A stretch of 64,000 nt of DNA from Leucoraja ocellata. Taxonomy: Eukaryota. Positions 42,501 to 54,500 of this stretch are shown here, piece after piece (the stretch's first letter is position 1; each line of letters starts with the position of its first letter). The notes beneath the pieces were generated by a model. That model worked only from the letters and a program-made list of their open reading frames with translations, had not been told where the DNA came from and ran no database searches. The DNA lies in assembly GCA_036785375.1 (NCBI GenBank), contig JAWMAR010000201.1:1798001-1862000 (forward strand). Direction: 5' to 3'. The position numbers and the translations under genes are program-made.

Positions 42501-45500
42501 CTCCAGGCTTTCCAGGTGAGTGCCCTTAAGTGACCAAAACCTCCTGTGACCTCGTGTCGACCTTGCAGCGACCATGGGCGGCGGGCTACGTCTCCAGAGG
42601 TTGTTGTGGAGGTCTCCTAAATGGGACAGGCACTTTACTCTCCGCTCTTCCTGTTAACCATGTAAGTGGCAAGCTTTCAACGAACTTGGACGTCAGCAAT
42701 ATCATCTATACGTTCACCCCAATGCATTAATTTACCCGTTGCCCTTCGTCCGTATGACGGAAAGAGCCAATACTGTCGCGATTTCACACCCAACGGGAAT
42801 AATCCAGGTTTGTGCAGCAATGACCGTATGACCGTACATATTCTGGGGATAATGGAAACTGGAACAAAACGAAACCAGTCACAATTAACGCTCTGCCAAC
42901 ATGTCACTCCAAAATATGGAAGCGAAGTATAAGCAAATCAATGGATGTTCTCATATGGAAATTCTAATTTCACGTCTAATTAGAAGACATTGTTGGCATT
43001 CATGATACCGATTTCGTCAAATGGACTCTGAACCCCGCGCTGCGAACTAGCAAGAGATTACAACTAATATGGCAAATTCGTTCATGAGCATTCAACATTT
43101 TCTGTTCTTGACATCGCTATTTACAGATCAGAATTCCTGACCCGTGAATGATTATATGCAACTGAGAATAAACTGATCTCCTGCAAGTAATAGGAACAGA
43201 ATTAAGTACAACAACAAACAAACGGTGGAAATGTATTGCATTCCATATTACGTACACTACTGCCTCCATAATAGCAGTCGCATCGCTTGTGCCAAACTCT
43301 CTGGGAGACTCAACAACCATCCAGGCAACTAGAATGGATTATTGAGGAATTGTCTAAAAGAAGAAAAACATTAAATCGGGCAGAGAGAAAGAATGGAGCA
43401 TTAGAGAGGATTCGTAGACAATGTGTGATAAGAGTGCAAGCCACGGAAATTATTGATGGAGACTCTGGCAGAGGGTGAAGGATTACGCCTCCTGAGGTGA
43501 GGTGGACAAACAATGAACCGAAAATCAGAATAAATATCTGAAAATTGTTGACGAATGGCTGGGCGAGTAGCGTCTCATCTGCTAACCGATTTATTTTTCA
43601 ATCATTCTTTTGCTTCGCTCTAAATTCTCCGGGATTGAGTGGCAATTATGTTGACAATTAATCATTTGGGGGGGGGGGGGGGGGGGTGGACATCAGGAGC
43701 AGAGATTAAATCATCATTGTATTACATAAATTCCGAGGTCAGAATGGAAGGTCTGCAACTCATTTTAACCGACATGTAGCTGCATTTCTGACGGAGATGT
43801 GTAAAAATCGTAGATTTTACGTAATATAATTTGATACCTCCATTTTATAAACTTGCCCCTCAAGCATATTGCCATTGATCTATTAAATGGCAAAATAACC
43901 CGTTATCAAATATCTATGCTTCTGGATCTGGACTCAGGTCTGAAGAAGGGTCTGGAACCGAAACGTCACAAATTCCTTCTCTCCAGAGATGCTGCCTTAC
44001 CCGCGGATTTACTCCAGCATGTTGTGTCTACTCTGGACTCAGGTACTTTAGAAACTTGCTGTGCATTGCAATTGCTTTCCCTTTACTGTTGTCTGTTCTT
44101 CTCCACGGATTAATCTCAAATATTCTAATTTCCTCTCCGCAGAATTAGAAAAAGTGAAGAGTGGTTGGCGCGATAGCGGTAAGTGGAGAGACTTGTCTTA
44201 TTTTCCTGATTTTTAGTGTCATATTGACAATCGGTCAATGACATTTACACTCCTGCTACAATTCCATGAAGTTTGTAAATCCGATATTTCAGAATGGACT
44301 ATAGTAATCATTCAGCCACGGAGTTATAAACCACGCAAGCAGGCTCCTCCTCTTTGCAATGAAAAGATGCACTGTGTTCCGAATCATTCACATGAACACA
44401 GACTTATTTTCCAATCGCCATTCGTGCTCGGGTCACCTTCCAATCAACATCAGCCATCTCCTCCATCATGCATCTGCCTCTTTACTCAACAGTAATACCG
44501 ACATATCCGCGTTCAGCTTCTTCCTCTCAAACTGCAGCTGACATTTTATCATATTTGGATTATTGCCACCTAATGATTCATTGACCCGAATCTACCTAAC
44601 TAAACCTAGATCATTACACAATACTAACACAAAAAACACTTTTCCCCTCGTGGATTCGACCACGAGCTGCTCAAAAAAAGCCATCTCGTAGGAATTCTAC
44701 AAATTCCTTCTCTTGGGTTCCAGCACCAAACTGATTTTCCCAATGTACCTGCATATTTCAATCCCCATGACCATTGTAACATTGCCTTTCCGACATTTCT
44801 ATAGACATGTGAAGGTTCAACAAATGCAGGAAATTCTTATGAATTATTTATGTTTGGATTTCCTAATTGCTCTTTTCACTGCAGAGGAGAAACTGCTAAA
44901 TAAAACCAAAGGTATGCGAAGAAAATCTTCATAACACTCCGTGAATGTTCTATTTTCTATTATGCTATTTGAATTTCCTACTGCGATTTTTTTCATAACT
45001 TTTTTTCGCACGATCGTTCTCCAATCTATATCACATTTTCTTTGGATTCGTTTGTTTGTTTGTTGGAGATCTTGTAATTTCGCGAATAATGCGAAGAATA
45101 AAGGTTGAAGGATAATTCTGCTCACATGTGCCACACTTCAATGGCATTCAACTATTACATATCACTATGACGATGGAAATGTGCTATTTTTCCGGCCAAA
45201 TGTTACTCCAACGAAGAATACAGAGCATTTGGTTATAATTCATGTTAAACTATCTTTACTCAGTGGAACAAAGGTAATAGAATATTGTGTTCTGCTGAAT
45301 AGGAAAAGACCCATCATCTCACTGAATGCCAGGAAGAAATCTGTAAAGCGCGTGGTCTATACTCGTTTCTGAGCATCTTAAGCGGCTAAATCTTATGGAC
45401 TCCAGTTCAATCATTGTACAGAGATTACATTTTTATTTTACTGTAACTGAGCGTCGGTTGAGTCACTCCCCTAGCAAACCCCCATGGTGCTCTGCTCTAT

Positions 45501-48500
45501 CGTTTACTCTTCATCTACTCTCATCATTGGCAACAATTCAGTAGATAATCAGAGAACACACCTTAACATCACAAAATTAGAATACTCTTGTGGCATCTGT
45601 AGAACAAACAACCTGATGCGCAAATTAAATGCTTGCCTACCTGGCGGAAGCATTTCAGATATACTGAATGAATTGTTGCTATTTATGGTTATTGGCGCAG
45701 CGGGAGAGCTGCTGGTGATAATATTGGCCATTTTAGTGTCTGAACAAATGGAGGATTTCTGGCTTTGCAAAATCTGCTTGGCATCTTTTTGCAAAGTCTG
45801 CAAGGGCAACGAGGTTCATGGCTCCAGAATGTCTGGGTCCTGGGAGGAAGTCTGGGTACAGGGTGATGTCCAGATGTCCCCTCAATTGTTAATATGTATG
45901 AGGGTTTTGTAGAAGGAGCTGCGCTTTGTTGCAAACGCATGTTCAGTATTAGTTGGGGAATGGTATGTTATAATACCCCTGTTAACTATGTTGCATGGTC
46001 TTTGCACTGTTAGCTTGTGATTTTTTGGTCAAGGTGAGGGGTCTTGCCCGAATTGTTTATATTAACGACATAGGGTTACCAAGGGATGTATGTAGTCAGC
46101 AGCGGTCTGAAGTTTGGGATTATTGAGAGGGTTACTGAGGGTCAGTATTTGTATAAACGATTGGCAACTTATCTTAAAATACATTACTGAGAAGTCAATA
46201 TTAAGCGGTGGAACTATTGACGTGCCAGCGCTGGGTACGATTGACTATTTACTTTAAAAGTCAGCGCTGATGTGCTGTCAGTACATTAAGAGTCAGTACT
46301 GAGGTTGATGAGGGCTAAGGTAGATTGGTATATTGAAAATTAGCGCTGTAATAGAACGCAGCGACGTTCGGGAAGATGCATCTGTGACTGTGATTTAATT
46401 TTTTTTAATTCTAAATTCCTCTAAATTTGAGGTGCTCACATTGAATACGTTTGGGTTCCTTAATATCTCGAGTAATAGCTCGTGCAATTTAAAACTCTCT
46501 TATGTTTGTATCTTCATCGTATTATGCCAGAGTTGGATAGAGTGAAGAATGAACTCGAAGATTGTGGTAAGTGGAGAATATACAGACATCCGTATGTGAA
46601 ATGTTTCGATATGTTCAATTACTTCGTTGCGCATCTGCCTTTTCCTTCCGTGACGCATGTTAAATGTTATAAGATTACTTCTCCAATAAAATTCACCTGC
46701 TGTATTATTGGAATGACTCGCGATTCGAGACGCTTGTCAATGGAGACAATATCGTGCGGAGAGAGTACATTCTGGAGGATAACCACGAACAATAAAGGGA
46801 ACCTCATCATAACTCAATTCCAGCAACATAAAACAAAATTAAATTTCATGACATTCCACGCCAGAACGTTTCAAGCACTGTGCGCCTTTATTTTGAAACC
46901 GCATTATATACACCTTTAGTATCATGTGCTTTACGAATTTAGGTGCAAAATGAGGCAATTAGATGAACGCTGTGTTCAAATTCTTGGTAAAACGTAACGT
47001 CTGAGGCTACATGAAAAGGCAGATCAGTGAAGCCAATCTGCACATCGACGTCAATGTATGTTTAAATGTGTTGATATTTACACTGTGGCATGCATTTGAT
47101 TGCTGCTAGAAATGAATCTGAGGAACAAAGGAAAAGGTATGGTTAGATGATTAATTAGAATATTTTTGAGAACGTTGTTTCTTTAAATATTTAAATTACA
47201 ATCTCTTTTGGTTTGCATGGTGAGCGAATGATCCCGCACAATTCCGATGTATAACTAATTTCTGTACTTAGAGGACTCAGTTTAGTTTATTGTCACGTGT
47301 ACGGAAGTACAGTGAAAAGTTTTTGTTGCGTGCTAACCATTCAGCAGAAAGAAAATATATGATTACAGTCGATCCAGTTCCAGGGTGTAGATACATGATG
47401 ATGAAATAACCTTTAGTGCAAGGAATGCCAGCAAAGTCCGATCAACGATAGGCCAAGGGTTCCCAAAGCAGTAGATAATAGTTCAGGTTACACAAAAATG
47501 CTGGAGAAACTCAGCGGGTGCAGCAGCATCTATGGAGCGAAGGAAATAGGCAACGTTTCGGGCCGAAACCCTTCTTCAGATTGATGGGGGGTGACGGGGT
47601 GAAGAAAGGAAAAAGGAGGAGGAGGAGTCCGAGGGCTGAGGGATGGAAGGAGACAGCCCGAGGGCTGAGGAATGGGAGGAGACAGCAACAGCTAACAAAA
47701 TTGGGAGAATTCGATGTTCATGCCCGCAGGCTGCAGACTCCCCAGGCGGAATATGAGGTGCTGTTCCTCCAATTTCCGGTGTTGCTCGCTCTGACCATGG
47801 AGGAGACCTAGGACAGAGAGGTCGGATGGAGAATGGGAGGGGGAGTTGAAGTGCTGAGCCACCGGGAGGTCAGGTTGGTTATTGCGGACCGAGCGGAGGT
47901 GTTCGGCGAAACGATCGCCCAGCCTCCGCTTAGTCTCACCGATGTAGATCAGCTGACATGTAGAGCAGCGGGTGCAATAGATGTGGTTGGAGGAGATGCA
48001 GGTGAACCTCTGTCGCACCTGGAACGACTGTTTGGGTCCTTGAATGGAGTCGAAGGGGTAGGTAAAGGGACAGGTGTTGCATTTCTTGCGCTTGCAACGG
48101 CAAGTGCCCGGGGGCGGGGTGGTACTGGAGGGAAGGGAAGAATTGACAAGGGAGTTACGGAGGGAGCGGTCTTTGCGGAAGGCAGGCATGGGAGTAGATG
48201 GGAAGATGTGGCGAGCGGTGGGGTTACGTTGGAGGATGCGGACCATTGTCACCATTGTCAATCAGACACTTTTCTGTTCACCACCCGCGTTGCAGCCTGC
48301 TGCCTCGGGCACTCTGGTCACCGCCTTGGAAATGTCGTCTGGCCCCTCTGAATCAGTAGCTCTTGGTTGATTTTGGGCTACCTCATTTAGAATGGCTCTG
48401 GACATGTACTTTGTGACGCTCGATACATTTCTTTTGGAGCTAAATACTTCTGGAGACTTGACTGTCACCATGCTGCCGCTCCTCGATACGACATTGTATG

Positions 48501-51500
48501 CCTGGTAATGGTAAGGACTGTCTATCTTACCGCCATCATCTCGAGTCACCAGCACGTTATCACCACGTATTACTTCAAAGTGCCTGGCTTCTCGTCGGCA
48601 TACCATTATGCCGCATTTCTTTTCGGCATCACAGTCTCTCAGCTCCTGGTGTTCCATGATCTCTCACACTTCTGGTATTTTAGTGCGAATTTCCCTTCCA
48701 CACAAAGCATCTGCTGGGCTTTTCCCTGTCGTGGTGAGAATGATCGCCCGATATACTGTTACGTATGCTAGCCTTCCTCCTTCCAGTTTTTCCCCTTGGC
48801 ATGGGCGATTCGTATCCTCTTCTCTATGGACTAGTTTTGCCTCTCTACTTCTCCGTTAGCTTGTGGCCATTTAAGAGTCACCTTGTGATGATGAATAACT
48901 GTGATTCCCATGTATTCAGCAAACGTATCGGAAACAAACTGAGGTCCATTGTCGGAATAAAATGTAACAGACAACTCATGTCTGGCGAAGAGCTCTGCTA
49001 ATGCTTTACAGTCCTTTCTGCTGTAGTTGACTTCACCACCGCATACTTGTAGTACCTACTATAGTAGTCCACCGCTACCAAAATTGATTCACCTGTTGGA
49101 AGTCAAGGAAGTCAACAGCTACGTCAACCCATGGTCCTGTTGACAACTTTGCATTTGCAATTGGTTCTGGTGGATTGCTCCTGCTTGAGATTAGGCATCC
49201 GTGACATGTCTTGACAATTTTTTCGGCATCTTTCTCACACTGTGAATGAAGCCAAGTGCAAGTTTGGCGTCTCTGATATCCTCACTTGAGATCAATTTTG
49301 GAGAACACTTTACTCGTTGACAACTCTTGTAGCACATAATCGACCATTGGAATAAGGTATCTTGCTCTAATTATTACCTCATTTGCTCTCCTCATGTCAA
49401 TGCATAGTCTGATGTCATTATTGGGCTTCGGCACAATCACTACTGGACTCACCAATGGTGTCGAATATTCAACTGGTTTAATAATGCCCTGATCAATCAG
49501 CTCCTTGATTTTAGCTTCTACTTTTCCACGAAGTCCAAATGTCGTTCTCCGCACCGGTTGAGCTATCAACTTGACATTATTATCAATGGCTAACTTAACT
49601 TTCCGGCCTTTCAATTTTCCAACCGCTTGGAATACTGAGTGAAAGTCCTGTATGATCATAATATGTCATAATATAACCGCACTGAATTGACATGCAATCC
49701 GATGTGAAGCACTCCCAGCTCTCGAGTAGTATTTCTACTCAGTGGAGTTTCACCCTTTTCCTCAATCACCACGAATTCGGCTTCAGTTTTTCTATCTCCT
49801 ACTAGCGGTGAAGCATTCAATGGGCTGCAAAGGTTTAGTTGCGGTGTATGGATATAACTTCCAACTACACCTTCTTGACGTGCATTTGATGTTCTACCGT
49901 TTCAAGCATTCCCAAAGTGATCTGTCAATTACTTTGCTCTCGCTACCAGCATCTACAATCATTGGCACTGTAACACCTACAATAGTTAATGCAACATTCT
50001 CGTGATGGCTATAATTCAATGCAAACTGATAAGTTCTTTTAACAGCATGCTCACCAGCTTCATCACTGCCTTCATCACTTCCGAAATTACCTTCTACGTG
50101 ACTGACGTGGCCTTTCTTTTTCTGCCAAGGTCTGTCTTTCTTTTCACTGGACTTCCCTTTCTTGGTGTTATACCTTGTCTTGTCTTTGGTCTTACATTTA
50201 CATTTCTATGGAAAATGGTCTTTATCTCCACATTTCCTACATGATCTACCTTTTGCGGGCCAACATGCATCTCTCCCTATGTGAAACGTGTCGACACTCC
50301 TGTAACACTCGATCGCACGTTCAGGCTTACTTCTTGGTCTACTGTAACTGTTAACTTGGAATCTTTCAATTTCATGCTTTGAAATTGTCCTTCAACAGCT
50401 TCCAGTCCGGCTGCAATCTACAAATAATTATTAAGGTTTAAGTCATCCCCTTTATCTAGCAGCCTTCTACTGAGCTTGTCTGACCTGCAATGCTGGGCAA
50501 CCTGATCCAATATCTGGTCCTCCACCCCAGCAGCCACATATGTGTATCCTACAGTCTGAGTCTCGTCACAAATTAAGCAACAGTCTCGCCCTCTTCTTGC
50601 ATTACTTTACGGACTAAATGGCGTTGAAATGTAGCATTCGACACAATCACAAAACGACTGTTCATAGCATCAACGGCTTTCTCATGGTCTTCCTTTATTC
50701 CGGTGCCAGTCAGTGTTTTAAACGTTTCTCGAACTACTGACCCTGCGGTGAAGAGCAGCAACGCTCTCCGCTGCGCCTTCTGCCCCGACGTACTCACCTC
50801 ATGAAAGCCCGCGACTGTGGGCGTGGGCCTCCAATTCCTCCAGCCAAGCATTCCACTTCACGCTGACGGTATTCGCATCACCTGTCGGACAGAAGTGGAG
50901 AACTGCACGAAGTGCGAAGAAACCAGCTCCAGCGACTGCCATTTTCTTTCCTTTTAATCCTTTTTCCAGCTCGTAGCCACGGATTCAGAATCCAAAATAT
51001 CCAAAATATCCAAAATGTCGTCGTGGCCATTTTTTCAGTATATGTTCCCCTCGTGACAAATGAAGTTTCCTGCGTTTTAATGTGAAGGTCTTTAATATCT
51101 CTAGTCTATGCTCATAAAATGTAAAACCCTCTTGCGTTTGTACCTTCATCGTACAGAGTTGGATAGAGTGAAGAATGAACTGGAAGATTGTGGTAAGTGG
51201 AGAACATACAGACATCCGTATTTGAAATGTTCCGATATGTTCAATTACTTCATTGCTCATCTGCCTTTTCCCTCCGCGACGCTTGTTGTAAGATTACTTC
51301 TGCAATAAAACTCACCAACTGTATTATTGGAATAACTCGCAATTCGAGACGCTGGTCAACGGAGAAAATATCGTGAGCAAACAGCCAACCCTGGAGGATA
51401 ACCACGAACATTAAAGGGAACCCGATCAGAATTAAATTGCAGCATTTGTTGTGGCAATCTTAAAAAAATAATAATTTCATGATATTCCACGCCAGAATTT

Positions 51501-54500
51501 GTCAAGCACTGTACGACTATATTTTGAGTCCTCATTATATACACCTTTAGTTTTATTTTCTTAACGAATTTAGGTACAACATAAGGACATTAGATGAACT
51601 CTGTAATCATCTTCTTGGTTAAGCGTAAAGTCCGAGGCTACATGAAAAGGCAGATCAGTGAATCCAATCTGTACATCGATGTAATTTTATTGTTATACAT
51701 GTTGTAATTCACACTGTGGCGTTCATTTGATTGCTGCTAGAACTGAATCTGAGAAACAAAGGAAAAGGTATGGTTAGATGCCTGATTAGTATATTTTTGA
51801 AGTCATTGTTTCTTTAAATATTTAAATTAGAGTCTCCAATGGTTTGCAAGGTGAGCGAATGATCCCGCACAATTCTGATATATAACTAATTTCAGTACTT
51901 AGTTTACTCAGTTTAGTTTATCGTCACCTGTATCGAAGTACAGCGAAATGATTTTGTTGCGTGCTAACCATTCAGCAGAAAGAAAATACATGATTACAGT
52001 CGATCCATTTCCCGTGTATAGATACATAATGATGAAATGACTTTTAGTGCAAGTAAAGCCAGCAAAGTCCGATCAAGGATAATCCAAGGGTCACCAAAGC
52101 GGTAGATAGTAGTTCAGCACTGCTCACTGGTTGTGGTAGGGTAATTCATTTGCCTGATGACATCTGGGAACAAATTGTCCCTCAATCTGGTCGTGTGCGT
52201 TATCACCCTTCTATACATTTTACCTGATGGGAGAGGGGAGAAGAGGATGGCCAGGGTGCGACTCAAACTTGATGATGCTGCTGGGTTTGCCGAGACAGCG
52301 TGTCACACGTGGAGTCAATCTAAGGGAGATTGGTCTGTGAGATGGTTTGGGCTGCGTCCACAATGCGCTGGAATTTCTTGCATGGAGCTGTTCCCAGACC
52401 AAGCTGTGATGAATCCTGGTAAAATGCTTTCTGTGGTGCAACTTGTCACATCTTCGCCTCAGATGTGGAACAATAATGATACTGACACAATATTTATATG
52501 TTACGTTCCTTTGTCTCTATGGTTGTTATCTCCCCCAGCCAAGGCCTCCTGCCGTGGCTTACTCATCGCACACCCGATCTGATCTTCAAGTCAGCTGATA
52601 CCAAGGTCAAGATATTAACATATCATTATCATGACATCGTCACGACATATCTGAAAAAGTTAGTGAGACTTGTCGGGGACATGCCATGGTCCCTGTGCCT
52701 TCTAAGGAAGTAGAGACGTCGGTGTGCTTTCTTGGTTCTTACTTCCAGAAGAGGTTGTTGGTGATATTGATTCCTAGGAATATGACATTTTCAACCATCT
52801 CTACTTCGTCACCATCATTGAAAACTGGGGTATGTGTACCGCTTTGCTTCCTGACGTTGATCACTATATATTTTGTCTTGCTGACATTGAGAGAAAGGTT
52901 CACAAAAGTTCAGTAGAAACTCAGCGGGTGCAGCAGCATCTATGGAGCGAAAGAAATAGGCAACGTTTCGGGCCGAAACCCTTCTTTAGTAATGCAACAC
53001 CTGAAATTTGCTCGTTGTAAACTCCATCCGCCAATTATCCGCCCATTTGTGTCATTGATCTATATCCCAATGTTATATCTTCCTCGTAGTGTGCGACCCC
53101 ATCAATCGTGGTGTACTTTGAAAACTTAATAACAAAGCTGTTAAACGTCCAGCTCAATTACGCTTATATCACATGCAGCAGAGTTGTCCGGCAATTTTAC
53201 ATTTCTCTGGTCACTGACCTCAGCCTGAATATTTTCCATCCATCACAATACTCTGTATTATATCAGTATATAAGCTCTGAATCTATACGACATAGTAACT
53301 GTTGATCCCGGGCGGTTTAATTTTCTGGAACAACCAACCGTGGGGTACTTTATAATATACCTTACTAAATTGCATTGTTATTGTTTTCTGCATGTTCTGT
53401 TCATATGTTTCTGTATTTACAATCATAGAGTCATAGAGTACTACAGTGTGGAAACAGGCCCTTCGGCTCAACTTGTCCACATCTGCAAACATGTCCCAGC
53501 TACACTAGTCGCACCTGCCTGCGTTTGGTCCATATCCCTCTAAACTTGTCCTCTCCATGTACCTGTCCTACTATTTCTTAAACGTTAGGATAGTTCCAGC
53601 CTCAACTACATCCGCTAGCAGCTTGTTCCATACCCTCACCGCCCCTTTTGTGGAACAGGGTTGCACAATTTGCTTGAAGTCGTTTCCCGTCTACCGCATA
53701 TGTGTTCTTTACAATAAGTAAAGGATAAGAAAGCAGGGCCTGCAGGAAATAACAAACAAACGTAAAACAAGCATATCTGGCAGAAATGCAAAAAAAAAAT
53801 GAAGTTATTGCAGAGGCTATAACATTTTAACGCCCACTGAACAGAAATAGATTTGATGTGGCAGTATAACAGAATGCTTCATATTAGACTTTTGATGACA
53901 TCAATGCATTCGAAAAAAAATCAACGTCCCCTGCGTATCGCATGTCATGCTCTGTGAAAAAAGTGATATGAGAAAGGGACAATGACAGGTCATGGGAACA
54001 AAAGTAGAACATTCAGCCCATCTAGTCTGCTGCGCATTTGATGTTACCTAATCCATGTTTTCCTCCCAACCCATGTACTTCTGCACGTACATTTTGACGC
54101 CCTTGCTACTCAAGTATATATTGATCTACTTGAAAAAAATACCCAACTGCTTGGACTTCACAGCCGTCTCTAGCAATGCTTTCTGTAGACTCACCTCCTT
54201 CTGGCGAAAGATATCCCTCCTACAAAAAAATGGCAAGAGCTTTCGCAATTGTAATGGTGGAAAATAAATACATCGACAACATTCACTTCCAGGTTTTTTG
54301 TCCATAATATCTTTCTGAAGGTAGTTGCACATTTCAATGTGATGCTACAAAACATATCTGGACGCGATTCGCGGAGAAAATAATTTCACATGATCTGACT
54401 GCAGCATTAGTGAGAGGCAATCGGGATACGTACATATATCGAAGACGAGACTTCGACGAAACAATGCTTCGTCTGGTTGGCCGATAGTGCAGCAATATGT

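Larger units (their letters stand above)
46445..47487 (+). repeat. Tandem duplication unit A, copy 1 (exons 23-24); copy 2 at ~51070-52117
   Basis: Colinear similarity over ~1 kb, including the intron and a downstream interspersed repeat. Confidence 0.9.

Noticed and set aside
45484-45940. Possible L1/Tx1 ORF1 remnant or coding exon
   Set aside because: Only a faint NLRI-like motif and no supporting domains; too weak to call.
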